Positions 18,619 to 28,456 of a DNA stretch of 64,000 bases are shown in pieces. A program made the translations under genes and the position numbers. Where the stretch lies: the NCBI GenBank assembly GCA_016194905.1, contig JACQAP010000021.1, positions 140,942 to 204,941 of the forward strand, given 5' to 3'. The notes below the pieces were generated by a model. It saw only the letters and a program-made list of their open reading frames with translations. It searched no databases and had not been told where the DNA came from. This DNA is from Betaproteobacteria bacterium. GTDB lineage: Bacteria > Pseudomonadota > Gammaproteobacteria > Burkholderiales > JACQAP01. The first letter of the stretch is position 1; every line of letters begins with the position of its first letter.

Positions 18619-21600
18619 ATGTCACCAGCTTCTCATAATAATAATTCGCGCAATAGCGCTGCAGTACCCCGTCCTCATCCACGCACCGTCGGCTGGTTTG
18701 GTACCACCGCCGTCGCCATGGGCGGCATCAATCAAAGCCTGTTCTTGTTCGGCGCGCTCTTTATCGGCCAGGGGGACACTACCGGTCAGGGTAGCGCGGC
18801 CGTGCCGTTACTGATCGTTGGCCTGCTTCTGAGCTGGGCGGCGATGCCGGCTTGGACGGAACTGATCATGATGTTTCCGAATCGCGTCGGTGGCATCGCG
18901 GCGACCTGCGCAGAAGCGTTTCGGCCCTACAGCCCCGTGCTTGCGAACCTCACGGGCGTCTGCTACTGGTGGGGATGGGTGCCAACCTGCGGCCTGACGG
19001 CGCTGCTGTCGGCATCGGCGATCCATCAGTGGTATCTGCCCGGGTTTCCGGTGTCACTCCTCGCGTCTTGCATCGTGCTGTTATTTACGGCGGTGAATCT
19101 TTGTGGCGTGAAATGGGTCATGCGTTTCGCCATGCCGATTGCCACGGCTTCGGCGAGTCTTGCGTTTCTCTCCGCGGTGGTTCCGATGTTCAGCGGCCAA
19201 GTCGATTGGCAAAGAGCGTTTACATTTCAGCTTACGGTGCCGTTCGAAGGATGGTTCGGCCAGGTCACCAGCGTGATGGCCGGACTGTATCTTATCGGCT
19301 TCGCCGCACCGGCTTTTGAACAGTCCGCCTGTCACGTCGGCGAGACCATCAATCCGAACAGGAACGTGCCGCGGGCGATGTTCGCGAGCGCGAGGCTCGC
19401 GTCCCTCTACTTCATTGTGTTGCCGGTAGTCTGGCTCGGCGCGCTGGGACCGGAACCGCTGGGCAGGGACCTCGCGCTCGAACTCGGACCGACATTTGCG
19501 CCGCTGCTCGGCGGCGCGGCCAAGGCGGCGGCGATCTGGTTCATGATGCTGAACATGTTTCACGGCACGATCGCGCCTCTGGCGGGCGCGGCCCGTACGT
19601 TGTCGCAGCTGGCTGAAGATGGCCTGCTGCCAGAATTCATGGCTAAGCGCTCGCGCACGGATGCGCCATGGGTCACGACGATCATCACCGCGGCCATGGC
19701 GATCGCGTTTCTTCTGATCGGCGACCCGGTGTGGCTGATCGCGGCGGCGAACCTTACTTATCTCATCGGCATCGCCATGCCAAACGTCGCCGTCTGGCTC
19801 CTGCGCCGGAACCATCCGGAGATGGTGCGCCCGTATCGCGCGCCCCGCGGCATGATCACGGTCGGACTGTTCGCGGCCTGCACATGGGCGCTCACTACGG
19901 TGCTCGGATTCCAGCAATTTGGTCTTCCGACGGTGCTGACGGGAGTCGCCTTCGCCTATTCGGGTGCGGTACTCTACGCGTGGCGCAAAATATCCGATCG
20001 CCGAAAGCTGGGTCTGCCACGAATTGCCCGCACGCTTCATTTGAAGCTCACTGGCGCAATGCTGCTAGTGCTGATGCTGGACGCCGTCGGCTATCTGATT
20101 GCGGTGAGCCACGTTCCTGTGCACGACACGGCGCTCATCGCGATGCTGGAAGACGTTTTCGTCGCCGTCGCGCTGCTGACCATCAGCGTCGGCCTGATTC
20201 TGCCAGGAATGATCGCACACTCCGCGGTCGAAGTTTCCAAAGCCGCCGAGCGACTGGTAACGGGCACGCTCGCGGATTTCACGCGGTCGATGCGCGCGCT
20301 GGCTGCGGGGGACCTCGATGCCGCCAAGGCCCGGTTCGAGTTCGTGCCGGTGGTGGCCCATTCGCGGGACGAAGTCGGGGATATGGCGCTGAGTTTTAAC
20401 AAGCTCCAAGAGGAGATCGGGCGTGCCGTTATCGGACTGGAAGGCGCGCGCGAGGGTCTTTCGCGCGCGCGCGAGACCACCGAAGCGAACGAGCGCCTGC
20501 GTTTCGAGCTCGCCGAGCGCCACCGTGCGGAGGAGCAGTCCCGCGAACAGGCCGCGTTGCTCGACAAAGCCACGGACGCGATCCTGGTAGGGGATTTCAA
20601 TGACAAGATTGTCTATTTGAACCCGAGTGCGGAGAACCTTTACGGCTGGAAACTCGCGGAGCTCGCCGGCCTGACGGGCGGCGCACCCATTTACCAGGAT
20701 TCGACAAAATTCGCCGAAGCGAAGAAAGTCGTGCTTGAAAGAGGTGACTGGAGCGGCGATCTGGCGCAGGTCACGCGCGACGGGCGGGATCTGATCGTCG
20801 AGAGTCGCTGGACGTTGCTGCGCGACAACGAGGGTAAACCCAAGGCGATTCTCTTCATCAACACCGATATCGCGGCGCGCAAACAAGCCGAGGAGGCGCT
20901 GGCCGAGATGAACAACCGCTTGCGCGGGCTGTCGCATCGCGCGGGAATGGCCGAGGTTGCAACGAGCGTCTTGCACAACGTCGGCAACGTCCTCAACAGC
21001 GTCAATGTCAGCTCCTCCTGCGTGGCCGATGCTCTAAGAAAGTCCAAGAGCGCCAACTTGTCCAAAGTCGTCGCGTTGTTGCGTCGGCACGAGACCGACT
21101 TGGGCGCCTTCCTGACTACCGACGCTAAAGGCATGCAGGTCTTAGGCTATCTCGGGCAACTATCCGAGCATCTGGCCGACGAACAGGCCGCCGTGCTCGA
21201 AGAGCTTGCCCAATTGCAAAAACACATCGAGCACATCAAGGAGGTTGTGGCGATGCAGCAAAGTGATGCGCAGATTTCCGGCGTCAAGGAAATCGTCAAC
21301 ATCAACGGCTTGGTGGAAGACAGCCTACACATGAATGTCGGCGTTTTAAGTCGCAACGGGGTCGAGGTCATCCGTGAATTTGAAAACGTACCGCCGATAA
21401 ACGTCGACAAGCACAAGGTCGTGCAAATCCTGGTGAACCTGGTGCGTAACGCCAATTATGCTTGCGACGAATCCGGGCGCGCAAACAAACGGCTGACCAT
21501 TCGAGTGGGCAACGGTGATGGCCGAATCAAGATATCCGTGATCGACAATGGCGTGGGAATTCCACGGGAAAATCTGAGCCGCATTTTCAGTCACGGTTTT

Positions 21601-21759
21601 ACCACCCGGAAAGGCGGTCACGGTTTCGGCCTTCACAGCGGCGCGCTGGCCGCGAAGGAAATAGGTGGTTCGTTGACCGTTCACAGCGACGGCCTTGGCC
21701 AAGGCGCCACGTTCACACTTGAGTTGCCATACGAGAGGAAGGAAATCTCACATGAATAA
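18619..21759 (+). CDS. APC-family amino-acid permease fused to HAMP-PAS-histidine kinase (transporter-sensor fusion)
   Basis: About 480 aa of permease-like TM helices, then two TM helices, a HAMP-like linker (DEVGDMALSFNKLQEEI) and PAS. H-box-like SVLHNVGNVLNS. HATPase motifs DNGVGIP and GHGFGLH. ATG 18619 preferred over TTG 18502. Confidence 0.8.
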   Translation: MSPASHNNNSRNSAAVPRPHPRTVGWFGTTAVAMGGINQSLFLFGALFIGQGDTTGQGSAAVPLLIVGLLLSWAAMPAWTELIMMFPNRVGGIAATCAEAFRPYSPVLANLTGVCYWWGWVPTCGLTALLSASAIHQWYLPGFPVSLLASCIVLLFTAVNLCGVKWVMRFAMPIATASASLAFLSAVVPMFSGQVDWQRAFTFQLTVPFEGWFGQVTSVMAGLYLIGFAAPAFEQSACHVGETINPNRNVPRAMFASARLASLYFIVLPVVWLGALGPEPLGRDLALELGPTFAPLLGGAAKAAAIWFMMLNMFHGTIAPLAGAARTLSQLAEDGLLPEFMAKRSRTDAPWVTTIITAAMAIAFLLIGDPVWLIAAANLTYLIGIAMPNVAVWLLRRNHPEMVRPYRAPRGMITVGLFAACTWALTTVLGFQQFGLPTVLTGVAFAYSGAVLYAWRKISDRRKLGLPRIARTLHLKLTGAMLLVLMLDAVGYLIAVSHVPVHDTALIAMLEDVFVAVALLTISVGLILPGMIAHSAVEVSKAAERLVTGTLADFTRSMRALAAGDLDAAKARFEFVPVVAHSRDEVGDMALSFNKLQEEIGRAVIGLEGAREGLSRARETTEANERLRFELAERHRAEEQSREQAALLDKATDAILVGDFNDKIVYLNPSAENLYGWKLAELAGLTGGAPIYQDSTKFAEAKKVVLERGDWSGDLAQVTRDGRDLIVESRWTLLRDNEGKPKAILFINTDIAARKQAEEALAEMNNRLRGLSHRAGMAEVATSVLHNVGNVLNSVNVSSSCVADALRKSKSANLSKVVALLRRHETDLGAFLTTDAKGMQVLGYLGQLSEHLADEQAAVLEELAQLQKHIEHIKEVVAMQQSDAQISGVKEIVNINGLVEDSLHMNVGVLSRNGVEVIREFENVPPINVDKHKVVQILVNLVRNANYACDESGRANKRLTIRVGNGDGRIKISVIDNGVGIPRENLSRIFSHGFTTRKGGHGFGLHSGALAAKEIGGSLTVHSDGLGQGATFTLELPYERKEISHE

Positions 21760-23485
21760 TTTGAATGCGGACCAACACCGGCGCGTTCTGGTCATCGACG
21801 ATAGTCGTTCCATCCACGATGATTTTCGCAAGATTCTTTCCCCCGGTAAAACCACACGCCCTGCATTGGACGCCGTCGAGACGGCGCTTTTTGAGATTCC
21901 AACGAACACGGATAGGCAAATCCAATGCGAGGTCGACTCGGCCTTCCAGGGACGGGAGGGAGTGACGCTGGTGAAAAATGCCCTTCAGCAGGGGCGTCCT
22001 TACGCGATGGCTTTTGTTGACGTGCGCATGCCACCCGGCTGGGATGGCGTAGAAACGACACATGAAATCTGGAACATCGATCCCAACATCCAGATCGTGA
22101 TATGCACCGCCTATTCCGATTATTCGTGGAACGAGATGGTGGCGAAGCTCGGCCACTCGGACCGGATGATCATTCTGAAGAAGCCGTTTGATATCATCGA
22201 AGTGCTGCAACTGGCCACGGCGCTGACCGAAAAGTGGCGGCTGCTCTGGCAGGCCCGGTCAACGATGCAAGATTTGGAGAGAAGGATCGCCCGGCGCACA
22301 AGCGAATTGAGCCTGACCAACCACAAGCTTGAGACGGAGGTGGTCGAACACAAACTGGCGGAGACCAAGGTGCTCGAGTCCCGGCGTTGGTTCCACACCG
22401 TTTTTCAGGAAAGTCCGATACCCATATTCGTGATACGTGTTGTGGACGGCCGCATCCGCGATGTGAACAAATCGGCACTGGCGCTCTACGGTTACCGGGA
22501 CGAAGAGATGGTCGGATATCAGATGGCCGAGCTCGACCTCTGGGAGGATCGGGAGAAATTCACGGAGATCCTCACAATCCTGAAAGAGGACCGCCGTATA
22601 CTGAATCACGAGTGTCAACAACGGAACCGGGCGGGCCAGTCGCTCGACGTGCTGATTTCCTGTGAGACCGAGGTCATGGGGGGCGAGAAAGTGTACATCG
22701 CGCAAGTAGTCAATATCACCGACCGCAAGCGGGCCGAAACCCGGGTGCGCCAGCTCAACAGGGAGCTGGAGCGGCGCGTCGAGCGGCGTACCGCGGAATT
22801 GCGGGAAACGGTGGCCGAACTCGATTCATTCACCTACAGCGTCGCCCACGACCTGCGCGCGCCGCTGCGCCGGTTGCAGGGTTACTTGCACATGATAACT
22901 GCTGAATATGGCGACGGCCTCAGTGCCAAGGGCCGCCACTTTCTGCAGCGGATCGCCATGAACGCGGTGGACATGGGGGCATTGATGGATGGACTGCTCA
23001 AGTTAGCCCACTTGGGCCGGCGCGAGGTCGATCGCCAGCCTGTCAACATGACCGAGTTGATGCGGGAAAGCGTTGCGGCGGCGCAGGGCGAGGCGTCGAC
23101 TAACCTGCGCTTCGTGGTCGGCGAACTGCCGACCGTGACCGGCGATCCGGTCTTACTGAAACAGGTCTGGAACAATCTGATCGATAACGCCGTCAAATTT
23201 AGCCAGCATGCCGTGCAACCAACGATCACTATCGACTGGAAGCGGGAGAACGGCTGGGTTTGGTTCTCCGTGGCCGATAACGGAGTGGGTTTCGATAGCG
23301 CTTACGCGGACAAGCTGTTCGGGGTATTCCAACGCTTGCATAATCGGTCGCAGTTCGACGGAACGGGGGTCGGACTTTCCATCGTGCGGCGTATTGCATA
23401 CAAGCATGGCGGAACGGTTTGGGCGGAAAGCCGGCTCAGCGAAGGCGCCTGTATCTATTTTTTCCTCCCGGATGCGGGGATCTGA
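21752..23485 (+). CDS. REC-PAS-histidine kinase hybrid
   Basis: ATG 21752 overlaps the upstream gene by 8 nt. Receiver (VLVIDD, AFVDVRMPPGWDG), PAS, H-box FTYSVAHDLRAPLR. HATPase motifs DNGVGFD and GTGVGLS. Confidence 0.85.
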   Translation: MNNLNADQHRRVLVIDDSRSIHDDFRKILSPGKTTRPALDAVETALFEIPTNTDRQIQCEVDSAFQGREGVTLVKNALQQGRPYAMAFVDVRMPPGWDGVETTHEIWNIDPNIQIVICTAYSDYSWNEMVAKLGHSDRMIILKKPFDIIEVLQLATALTEKWRLLWQARSTMQDLERRIARRTSELSLTNHKLETEVVEHKLAETKVLESRRWFHTVFQESPIPIFVIRVVDGRIRDVNKSALALYGYRDEEMVGYQMAELDLWEDREKFTEILTILKEDRRILNHECQQRNRAGQSLDVLISCETEVMGGEKVYIAQVVNITDRKRAETRVRQLNRELERRVERRTAELRETVAELDSFTYSVAHDLRAPLRRLQGYLHMITAEYGDGLSAKGRHFLQRIAMNAVDMGALMDGLLKLAHLGRREVDRQPVNMTELMRESVAAAQGEASTNLRFVVGELPTVTGDPVLLKQVWNNLIDNAVKFSQHAVQPTITIDWKRENGWVWFSVADNGVGFDSAYADKLFGVFQRLHNRSQFDGTGVGLSIVRRIAYKHGGTVWAESRLSEGACIYFFLPDAGI

Positions 23486-23703
23486 CACCGGTTATCGCGA
23501 TCCGCACAGCGGTTTCAATGGTATTGGCAAGGTCCCTGCCCGCCTGATTACGAATTCGCCATGAACAGGCCCAGCGGCTACTGAACGATATAGCATTGAC
23601 GCGGTCATATGAGTCATGGTCCGGAGTTTTGGATCAGGAGCTCGTCGGTCCCTCCCTTCCGATGGGCTCCTTTTTCTACCATTCACCGCGGCCAGTACTT
23701 CTC

Positions 23704-25641
23704 TTAACCCAGTTCCAACTGAGATAACGCTTCTTCGTCGCCGTCATCGCCGGCCGGCGCAATTCCCTTCTTGCGGACCCATTGAGCAAACGCTTCCACG
23801 GGCAGTGGCGGGCTAAAAACGTACCCCTGAATGATGTCGCAGCCGTATTGACGGAGGAAGTTCTTCTGCTCGATGGTTTCGGCTCCTTCCGCCACGACTG
23901 CCAGTCCCAGCGCGTGAGCCAGCACGATGATAGCCTGGGTGATGGCGGCGTCTTCTTTGTCCTGTGGAAGACCGCGTATGAACGTGCGATCGATTTTGAG
24001 CGTGTCAATTGGAAAGCGCTTCAGGTAGCCCATGAATGAGTAACCCGTCCCGAAGTCGTCGATCGACAGTTTCACTCCGATTGAGAAGAGCTCGTTCAGA
24101 ACGCGGATGTGCGATTCGACATTCTCCATCAGTATGCTTTCCGTCAGTTCGAGCTCGAGCCGATCGGGTGGCAAGCCGCTCTCGCGCAAACTGGAGAGCA
24201 CCCGTTTCAGCAGGTGATTGTCCTCGAACTGGCGCGCCGAGAGGTTGACCGATACAGTCAGAGCGCCCAATCCCTGCTGTTCCCAGACCATCGCCTGGTG
24301 GCACGCCTCGCGCAGCACCCACTCGCCGATGGAGATGATGAGATTGCTTTCTTCCGCAATCGGTATGAATTCCGCAGGGCTCACCTTACCCAACTCTGGA
24401 TTCTCCCAGCGCAGCAGCGCTTCGGCGCCGACAACGCGGTTTTGCTGGACGTTCACCTTGGGCTGAAAGCTAAGCCGGAACTCCCCATTCTGCAACGCTT
24501 TGCGCAAGCTATTCTCGATGTTAAGACGCCGCATCGTGCTCTGGTTCATCTCCTCTTTGAAGACCTGAAAACAGTTCCGGCCCGCGTCCTTGGCGTGGTA
24601 CATCGCCGTGTCGGCATTGCGGACAAGGCTGGGCGCATCGCTGGCGTGATCCGGATAAAAGGCGATTCCACAGCTGACCGTGGAATAGACCTCACGCGAT
24701 TCGATGACGTACGGCTTGCCGAGCTTGTCGACCAGCGCTTTTGCCACCAAGTTGGCTGCCTGCTTGTCCGCGGGATTCTCCAGGATCACGGCAAACTCGT
24801 CACCGCCCAATCGGCAGACCGCGTCGGCGCGCCGCAGGACCTTGGTCAGTCGCTCGCCTACCGAGTGCAGCAGCGCGTCTCCGGCTTGGTGGCCCTGGCT
24901 GTCGTTGACCGACTTGAAGTTGTCCAAATCGAGTAACAGTAAGCCGACGCTGCTATGAAAACGTTTTGCGCGCGCGAGGGCGAAGTCCAGGCGCTCGTTG
25001 AAGGTGTGCCGGTTGAGCAGATTGGTGACTGGATCGTAATGGGCCAAGTAGGTGAGCTGTTCCTCTGCCCGCCGGACGGCGGTGCGCAGGCCCGATATCA
25101 GCAAGTAGGCGACGCCCATCGCCAGCAAGCCGGTCACTGCCGTTGTGCCAATGAATCCCGCGAGACGAGAGTAGACCAGCCGCAAGCTGCCGCGGACCTG
25201 CACTGACCCAAGCTCCCCTTCGCTGTATTGGACGGGATGCACTACATCGATGTGGTCCAGCGAGAAGTGCTCTTGACCCGTGAGCGGATGCGTGGAAGCG
25301 TGGCCAGCAGAGGGCTGGCGCTGGTACACCGCGAACGGCTGCTCCCGGTTGTCGTAGATAATCGCGTCGATGACCGTCGGCGATGCACGCAGGGCGGATA
25401 GGATCTCGGTTGCGTTCTTACGGTCTCCAAAGGCAAGCGCTGCCTGAGCGTTGTCTCCGACGATTTGGGCTTGTGCTTGAAGATCGTCGTGCAGCGATAT
25501 CCTGAGCGACCGCATCTCGAAAAACGTGAGGACCGCACCCGCGATCACCAGAGCAATTGCCACCGCGATGAGATTGATCGCATCGGAACGCTGACTTACC
25601 CCCAGCCTGGCTAGGACCAGATCGAGTTTTTGGATCATCAT
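23704..25641 (-). CDS. membrane sensor GGDEF-EAL protein (YfiN-like periplasmic sensor module)
   Basis: TM, ~150-aa extracytoplasmic region, TM. Intact I-site RRAD and GGDEF (RLGGDEF). Intact EAL (EALLRW, DDFGTGYSF, KIDRTF). Confidence 0.85.
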   Translation of the reverse strand: MMIQKLDLVLARLGVSQRSDAINLIAVAIALVIAGAVLTFFEMRSLRISLHDDLQAQAQIVGDNAQAALAFGDRKNATEILSALRASPTVIDAIIYDNREQPFAVYQRQPSAGHASTHPLTGQEHFSLDHIDVVHPVQYSEGELGSVQVRGSLRLVYSRLAGFIGTTAVTGLLAMGVAYLLISGLRTAVRRAEEQLTYLAHYDPVTNLLNRHTFNERLDFALARAKRFHSSVGLLLLDLDNFKSVNDSQGHQAGDALLHSVGERLTKVLRRADAVCRLGGDEFAVILENPADKQAANLVAKALVDKLGKPYVIESREVYSTVSCGIAFYPDHASDAPSLVRNADTAMYHAKDAGRNCFQVFKEEMNQSTMRRLNIENSLRKALQNGEFRLSFQPKVNVQQNRVVGAEALLRWENPELGKVSPAEFIPIAEESNLIISIGEWVLREACHQAMVWEQQGLGALTVSVNLSARQFEDNHLLKRVLSSLRESGLPPDRLELELTESILMENVESHIRVLNELFSIGVKLSIDDFGTGYSFMGYLKRFPIDTLKIDRTFIRGLPQDKEDAAITQAIIVLAHALGLAVVAEGAETIEQKNFLRQYGCDIIQGYVFSPPLPVEAFAQWVRKKGIAPAGDDGDEEALSQLELG

Positions 25642-26183
25642 TTTCCGAGGACCGATCGTGACAGCCTCAGGAGCTTGGAGCTGATGGATAGACTCTGCCG
25701 GCTTGCCGCGTGTGGGTTGATATCGAACACCATTTTCTGATTGGCCACGTCCAGCCCGATAATCATGCCATCGCGCGCCGCCCCTTCCGCATCGGAGATG
25801 GTGAGGACGGATTTTCCCTGGAGGGTGACCGCAATCCCGGCCAGACGACGCTTCTCCGAACTGGACACGAACAACAGGTCGCAGGTATCGGGGAGACCCG
25901 GTCCCTTGAGCCGCCGTATTCCGATCTTCCTGCCACGTATGGTCTTGTGCTCGAGCGCAGCGATGCTGGCGCCCAATGCGTCCTCTCCCGTCAAGCAGAT
26001 ATAGAAGAGCGGATCACTTCTGTGTTCGCTCTCTTGAGGCCATTCCACGAACAGGGCGAAGTTGTAGATGAGCGCCACCTTAAGAGCGTCTTCGGGGGCC
26101 ACTTGCGAGCGAGCAGGGCCGGACGCCGAAATCATCAGCGCAATCACGATCCCCAGCAGCAGCGGTTCCCAAGCGCGCGTCAT
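25638..26183 (-). CDS. YfiR-family (DUF4154-like) periplasmic protein
   Basis: Signal peptide. Motifs VALIYNFALFVEWP and SISSKLLRLS are typical of YfiR-like proteins. Stop overlaps the downstream start (ATGA). Confidence 0.65.
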   Translation of the reverse strand: MTRAWEPLLLGIVIALMISASGPARSQVAPEDALKVALIYNFALFVEWPQESEHRSDPLFYICLTGEDALGASIAALEHKTIRGRKIGIRRLKGPGLPDTCDLLFVSSSEKRRLAGIAVTLQGKSVLTISDAEGAARDGMIIGLDVANQKMVFDINPHAASRQSLSISSKLLRLSRSVLGK

Positions 26184-26188
26184 GGCGG

Positions 26189-28279
26189 CTAAAACCGATA
26201 GCTAGCCGACAGTCGATAGATGCGACCATCCTGCACGATGACGTTCTGCACGTGCTCCTCGGACGCCGGGTCGGCGTACGCCTTGTCGAAGAGGTTGTAC
26301 ACGCTGGCCGAGACTACTAACCCCGGAGCGAGCTTTCGAGTCAGGAGCGTGGCGTTGAATATCGCATACGCGCCGGTGTTTTCGCCGCGCAGCGTGCGCC
26401 GATTGCTGACGTACTGCGATTCCAATCCGAGCTGGAAGAAATCCCGCCACAGCGGGGTCATGAAGTTCAGTTTGGCCAGAAGACTGGGAGAGTTTGTCAT
26501 ACGCTCCGCCGTTTCGCTTCCCTCGGAATCGACTGCGCGTTGCCACGTCAAGCTGGCCCTTAGCTTGGCCTCGCTGGCCCAGATCTTCTCCGCTTCGAAC
26601 TCGATGCCATTGACCCTGACGTGCTCGAGGTTGATGAATACGAGGAGGCCATCGACGGGATCAGTCGTCAGGCTGATGAGGTTTCTGATGTCGTAGTGGA
26701 AAGCCGACCCGGTCAGCCGGAAACCTCCGGGCAGCCGTTCCTCGGCGACGAACTCATAGGTCGCGATGGTTTCCGGCTCCAGATTGGGATTGGTCTTGAA
26801 GCCCGAAGTGGTCGTTGTCCCGTAGTAGAGTTCGTAGGCGTTGGGAGCACGGAAGGCCGTGCCATAGAGCAATTTGAGCGAGGTCGTGTCCCGTGGCTTG
26901 AAAATGGCGGCCAGGCGCGGATTGACGGAGTCCAGGCCGGTCGAGTAGTAGTCGTAGCGCAGTCCGGCATTGAAGAGCAGCTTCTGCGCAACGCTGATCT
27001 CGTCCTGAGCATAGACCCCATAGCGATAGTCGTGGTGATGATTGTCCAGATAAACCACACGGGGGCTGTCGTCGAAGTTCATTTGTGTCTGCTCGAGATC
27101 CTGCTGGTATTCGACGCCGGTTACCAGGCGGTGTCCGTTGAGCGGACTGCTCGTGAGTTTGATCTCGCCATCCCACCAGCGGCCCCTGACGCGATCCTGG
27201 TTTACAGTGACCGGCGGATAGTCGAGTACGTAGTCGCCACGATAGTGCCAGTCCGTATAGCTCGCGCGCGCGGAGAGCTCAGTACTTGACCAGGCGGTGT
27301 CGTAGGCCAGGCTAAGGGAGTTGCGCCCGTCCACCGTCTGGCTGCGCGGGTCGTTGAAGAGTTGTCCGAAGGAACCGGTGGGGATACCCTTCGTGCGCTC
27401 GTGATGGAGGACCCCGAAGCTCAAGCCCGAAGCGCTGAACTTGCCCAGGAAGAACTGCGCCCGCTCGTAATCGAGACCCTGGGCTACGCCATTGTTGGTG
27501 GCGGGTGAGTTGAACTCCGGGAAGAACAGGTCGCGGCCTTCGCTGTTCAGACCGGAGGCGGACAGCAGCAGTTCGTGGTCGCCGCCCCACTGGCGGCCGT
27601 AGGTCGCTCGTCCGCTCACGGTCTCGGCGCTGGCGACTTCGCCCTTGATCTCGGTCGCGGCGTAGTCATGGCCGTGCTTGGTGACGACGTTGATGACGCC
27701 GAGAAAGGCGTTGCTGCCATACATCGAGGAGCCCGGCCCGGGGATGAACTCGACGCGGTCAATGAGATCCACGTCGATGGGAAACTCGTAGCCGATGACC
27801 GCCTGGTCGAAGACGTTGTCGTTGATACGGTAGCCGTCCAGGAGCAGCAGAACTCGCGTGTTGTAGTCGCCGGGTCGGGAGAAGCCGCGCACGCCTAGAT
27901 AGCTGTAATTGCGATCATTGGACACATACAGGCCACGGATGCTCTTCAGGACGTCCGCGAGCGAGCGGTAGCCGTAGGCTTCGATCTCGCTGGCCGTGAT
28001 CACGGTCACGGCCGAGGGCGCATCCGAGGCCTTTTGCAGGAACTTGGACGCTGCATAGACCTGCACATCCAGGAGCTGTTCCAGAGGCAGTTCAACGAGC
28101 TTATCGGCGGACTGCGCCTCTGAAACTGGACCGGCCGCCAGGGTAACGCCGTTCCACAGTGCGAATGCCACGAGAGCGCTGACAAACTTCGACAGGTGCC
28201 GTGCGCACGCAGCCCCTGCCTGGCGCAGGGATTGAGGGCGGGACGCTAGGAAATCGGGCTGTTTCCGACGCTGAGTCAT
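26189..28279 (-). CDS. TonB-dependent outer-membrane receptor
   Basis: 696 aa. Plug-domain motifs (APSAVTVITASEIE, IRGLYVS...YLGVRGF). Beta-barrel-like repeats. C-terminal aromatic ...YRLSASYRF. Confidence 0.85.
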   Translation of the reverse strand: MTQRRKQPDFLASRPQSLRQAGAACARHLSKFVSALVAFALWNGVTLAAGPVSEAQSADKLVELPLEQLLDVQVYAASKFLQKASDAPSAVTVITASEIEAYGYRSLADVLKSIRGLYVSNDRNYSYLGVRGFSRPGDYNTRVLLLLDGYRINDNVFDQAVIGYEFPIDVDLIDRVEFIPGPGSSMYGSNAFLGVINVVTKHGHDYAATEIKGEVASAETVSGRATYGRQWGGDHELLLSASGLNSEGRDLFFPEFNSPATNNGVAQGLDYERAQFFLGKFSASGLSFGVLHHERTKGIPTGSFGQLFNDPRSQTVDGRNSLSLAYDTAWSSTELSARASYTDWHYRGDYVLDYPPVTVNQDRVRGRWWDGEIKLTSSPLNGHRLVTGVEYQQDLEQTQMNFDDSPRVVYLDNHHHDYRYGVYAQDEISVAQKLLFNAGLRYDYYSTGLDSVNPRLAAIFKPRDTTSLKLLYGTAFRAPNAYELYYGTTTTSGFKTNPNLEPETIATYEFVAEERLPGGFRLTGSAFHYDIRNLISLTTDPVDGLLVFINLEHVRVNGIEFEAEKIWASEAKLRASLTWQRAVDSEGSETAERMTNSPSLLAKLNFMTPLWRDFFQLGLESQYVSNRRTLRGENTGAYAIFNATLLTRKLAPGLVVSASVYNLFDKAYADPASEEHVQNVIVQDGRIYRLSASYRF

Positions 28280-28456
28280 TTGCCAGGGGTACGTGTTCGT
28301 GTTCGGGATATCGGAAACACTACGGATTTATCGGCAGACAGCCGGTCGTTCTTGAGAGGTTAAGCAGGGGAGCGGCTACCCGGTTCCGGTGTATCCGCGG
28401 ACAGGCATAGACTGGGTGGCTGGTGATGGAGAGCCAGAGCCAAGTCGCTGCTGCGC

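Larger units (their letters stand above)
17886..28456. mobile_element. putative inserted accessory block (genomic islet) bounded by the fliA-3' direct repeats
   Basis: Lies between the two repeat copies. Carries an IS6-type transposase relic at its left end and five signalling/transport genes unrelated to flagella. No integrase seen. Confidence 0.5.

Noticed and set aside
28280-28456. Possible cobalamin or other riboswitch in the 5' leader of the TonB-dependent receptor
   Set aside because: On the minus strand I could not find a B12-box-like consensus or other recognisable riboswitch core. Part of this leader is the degenerate fliA-3' relic.
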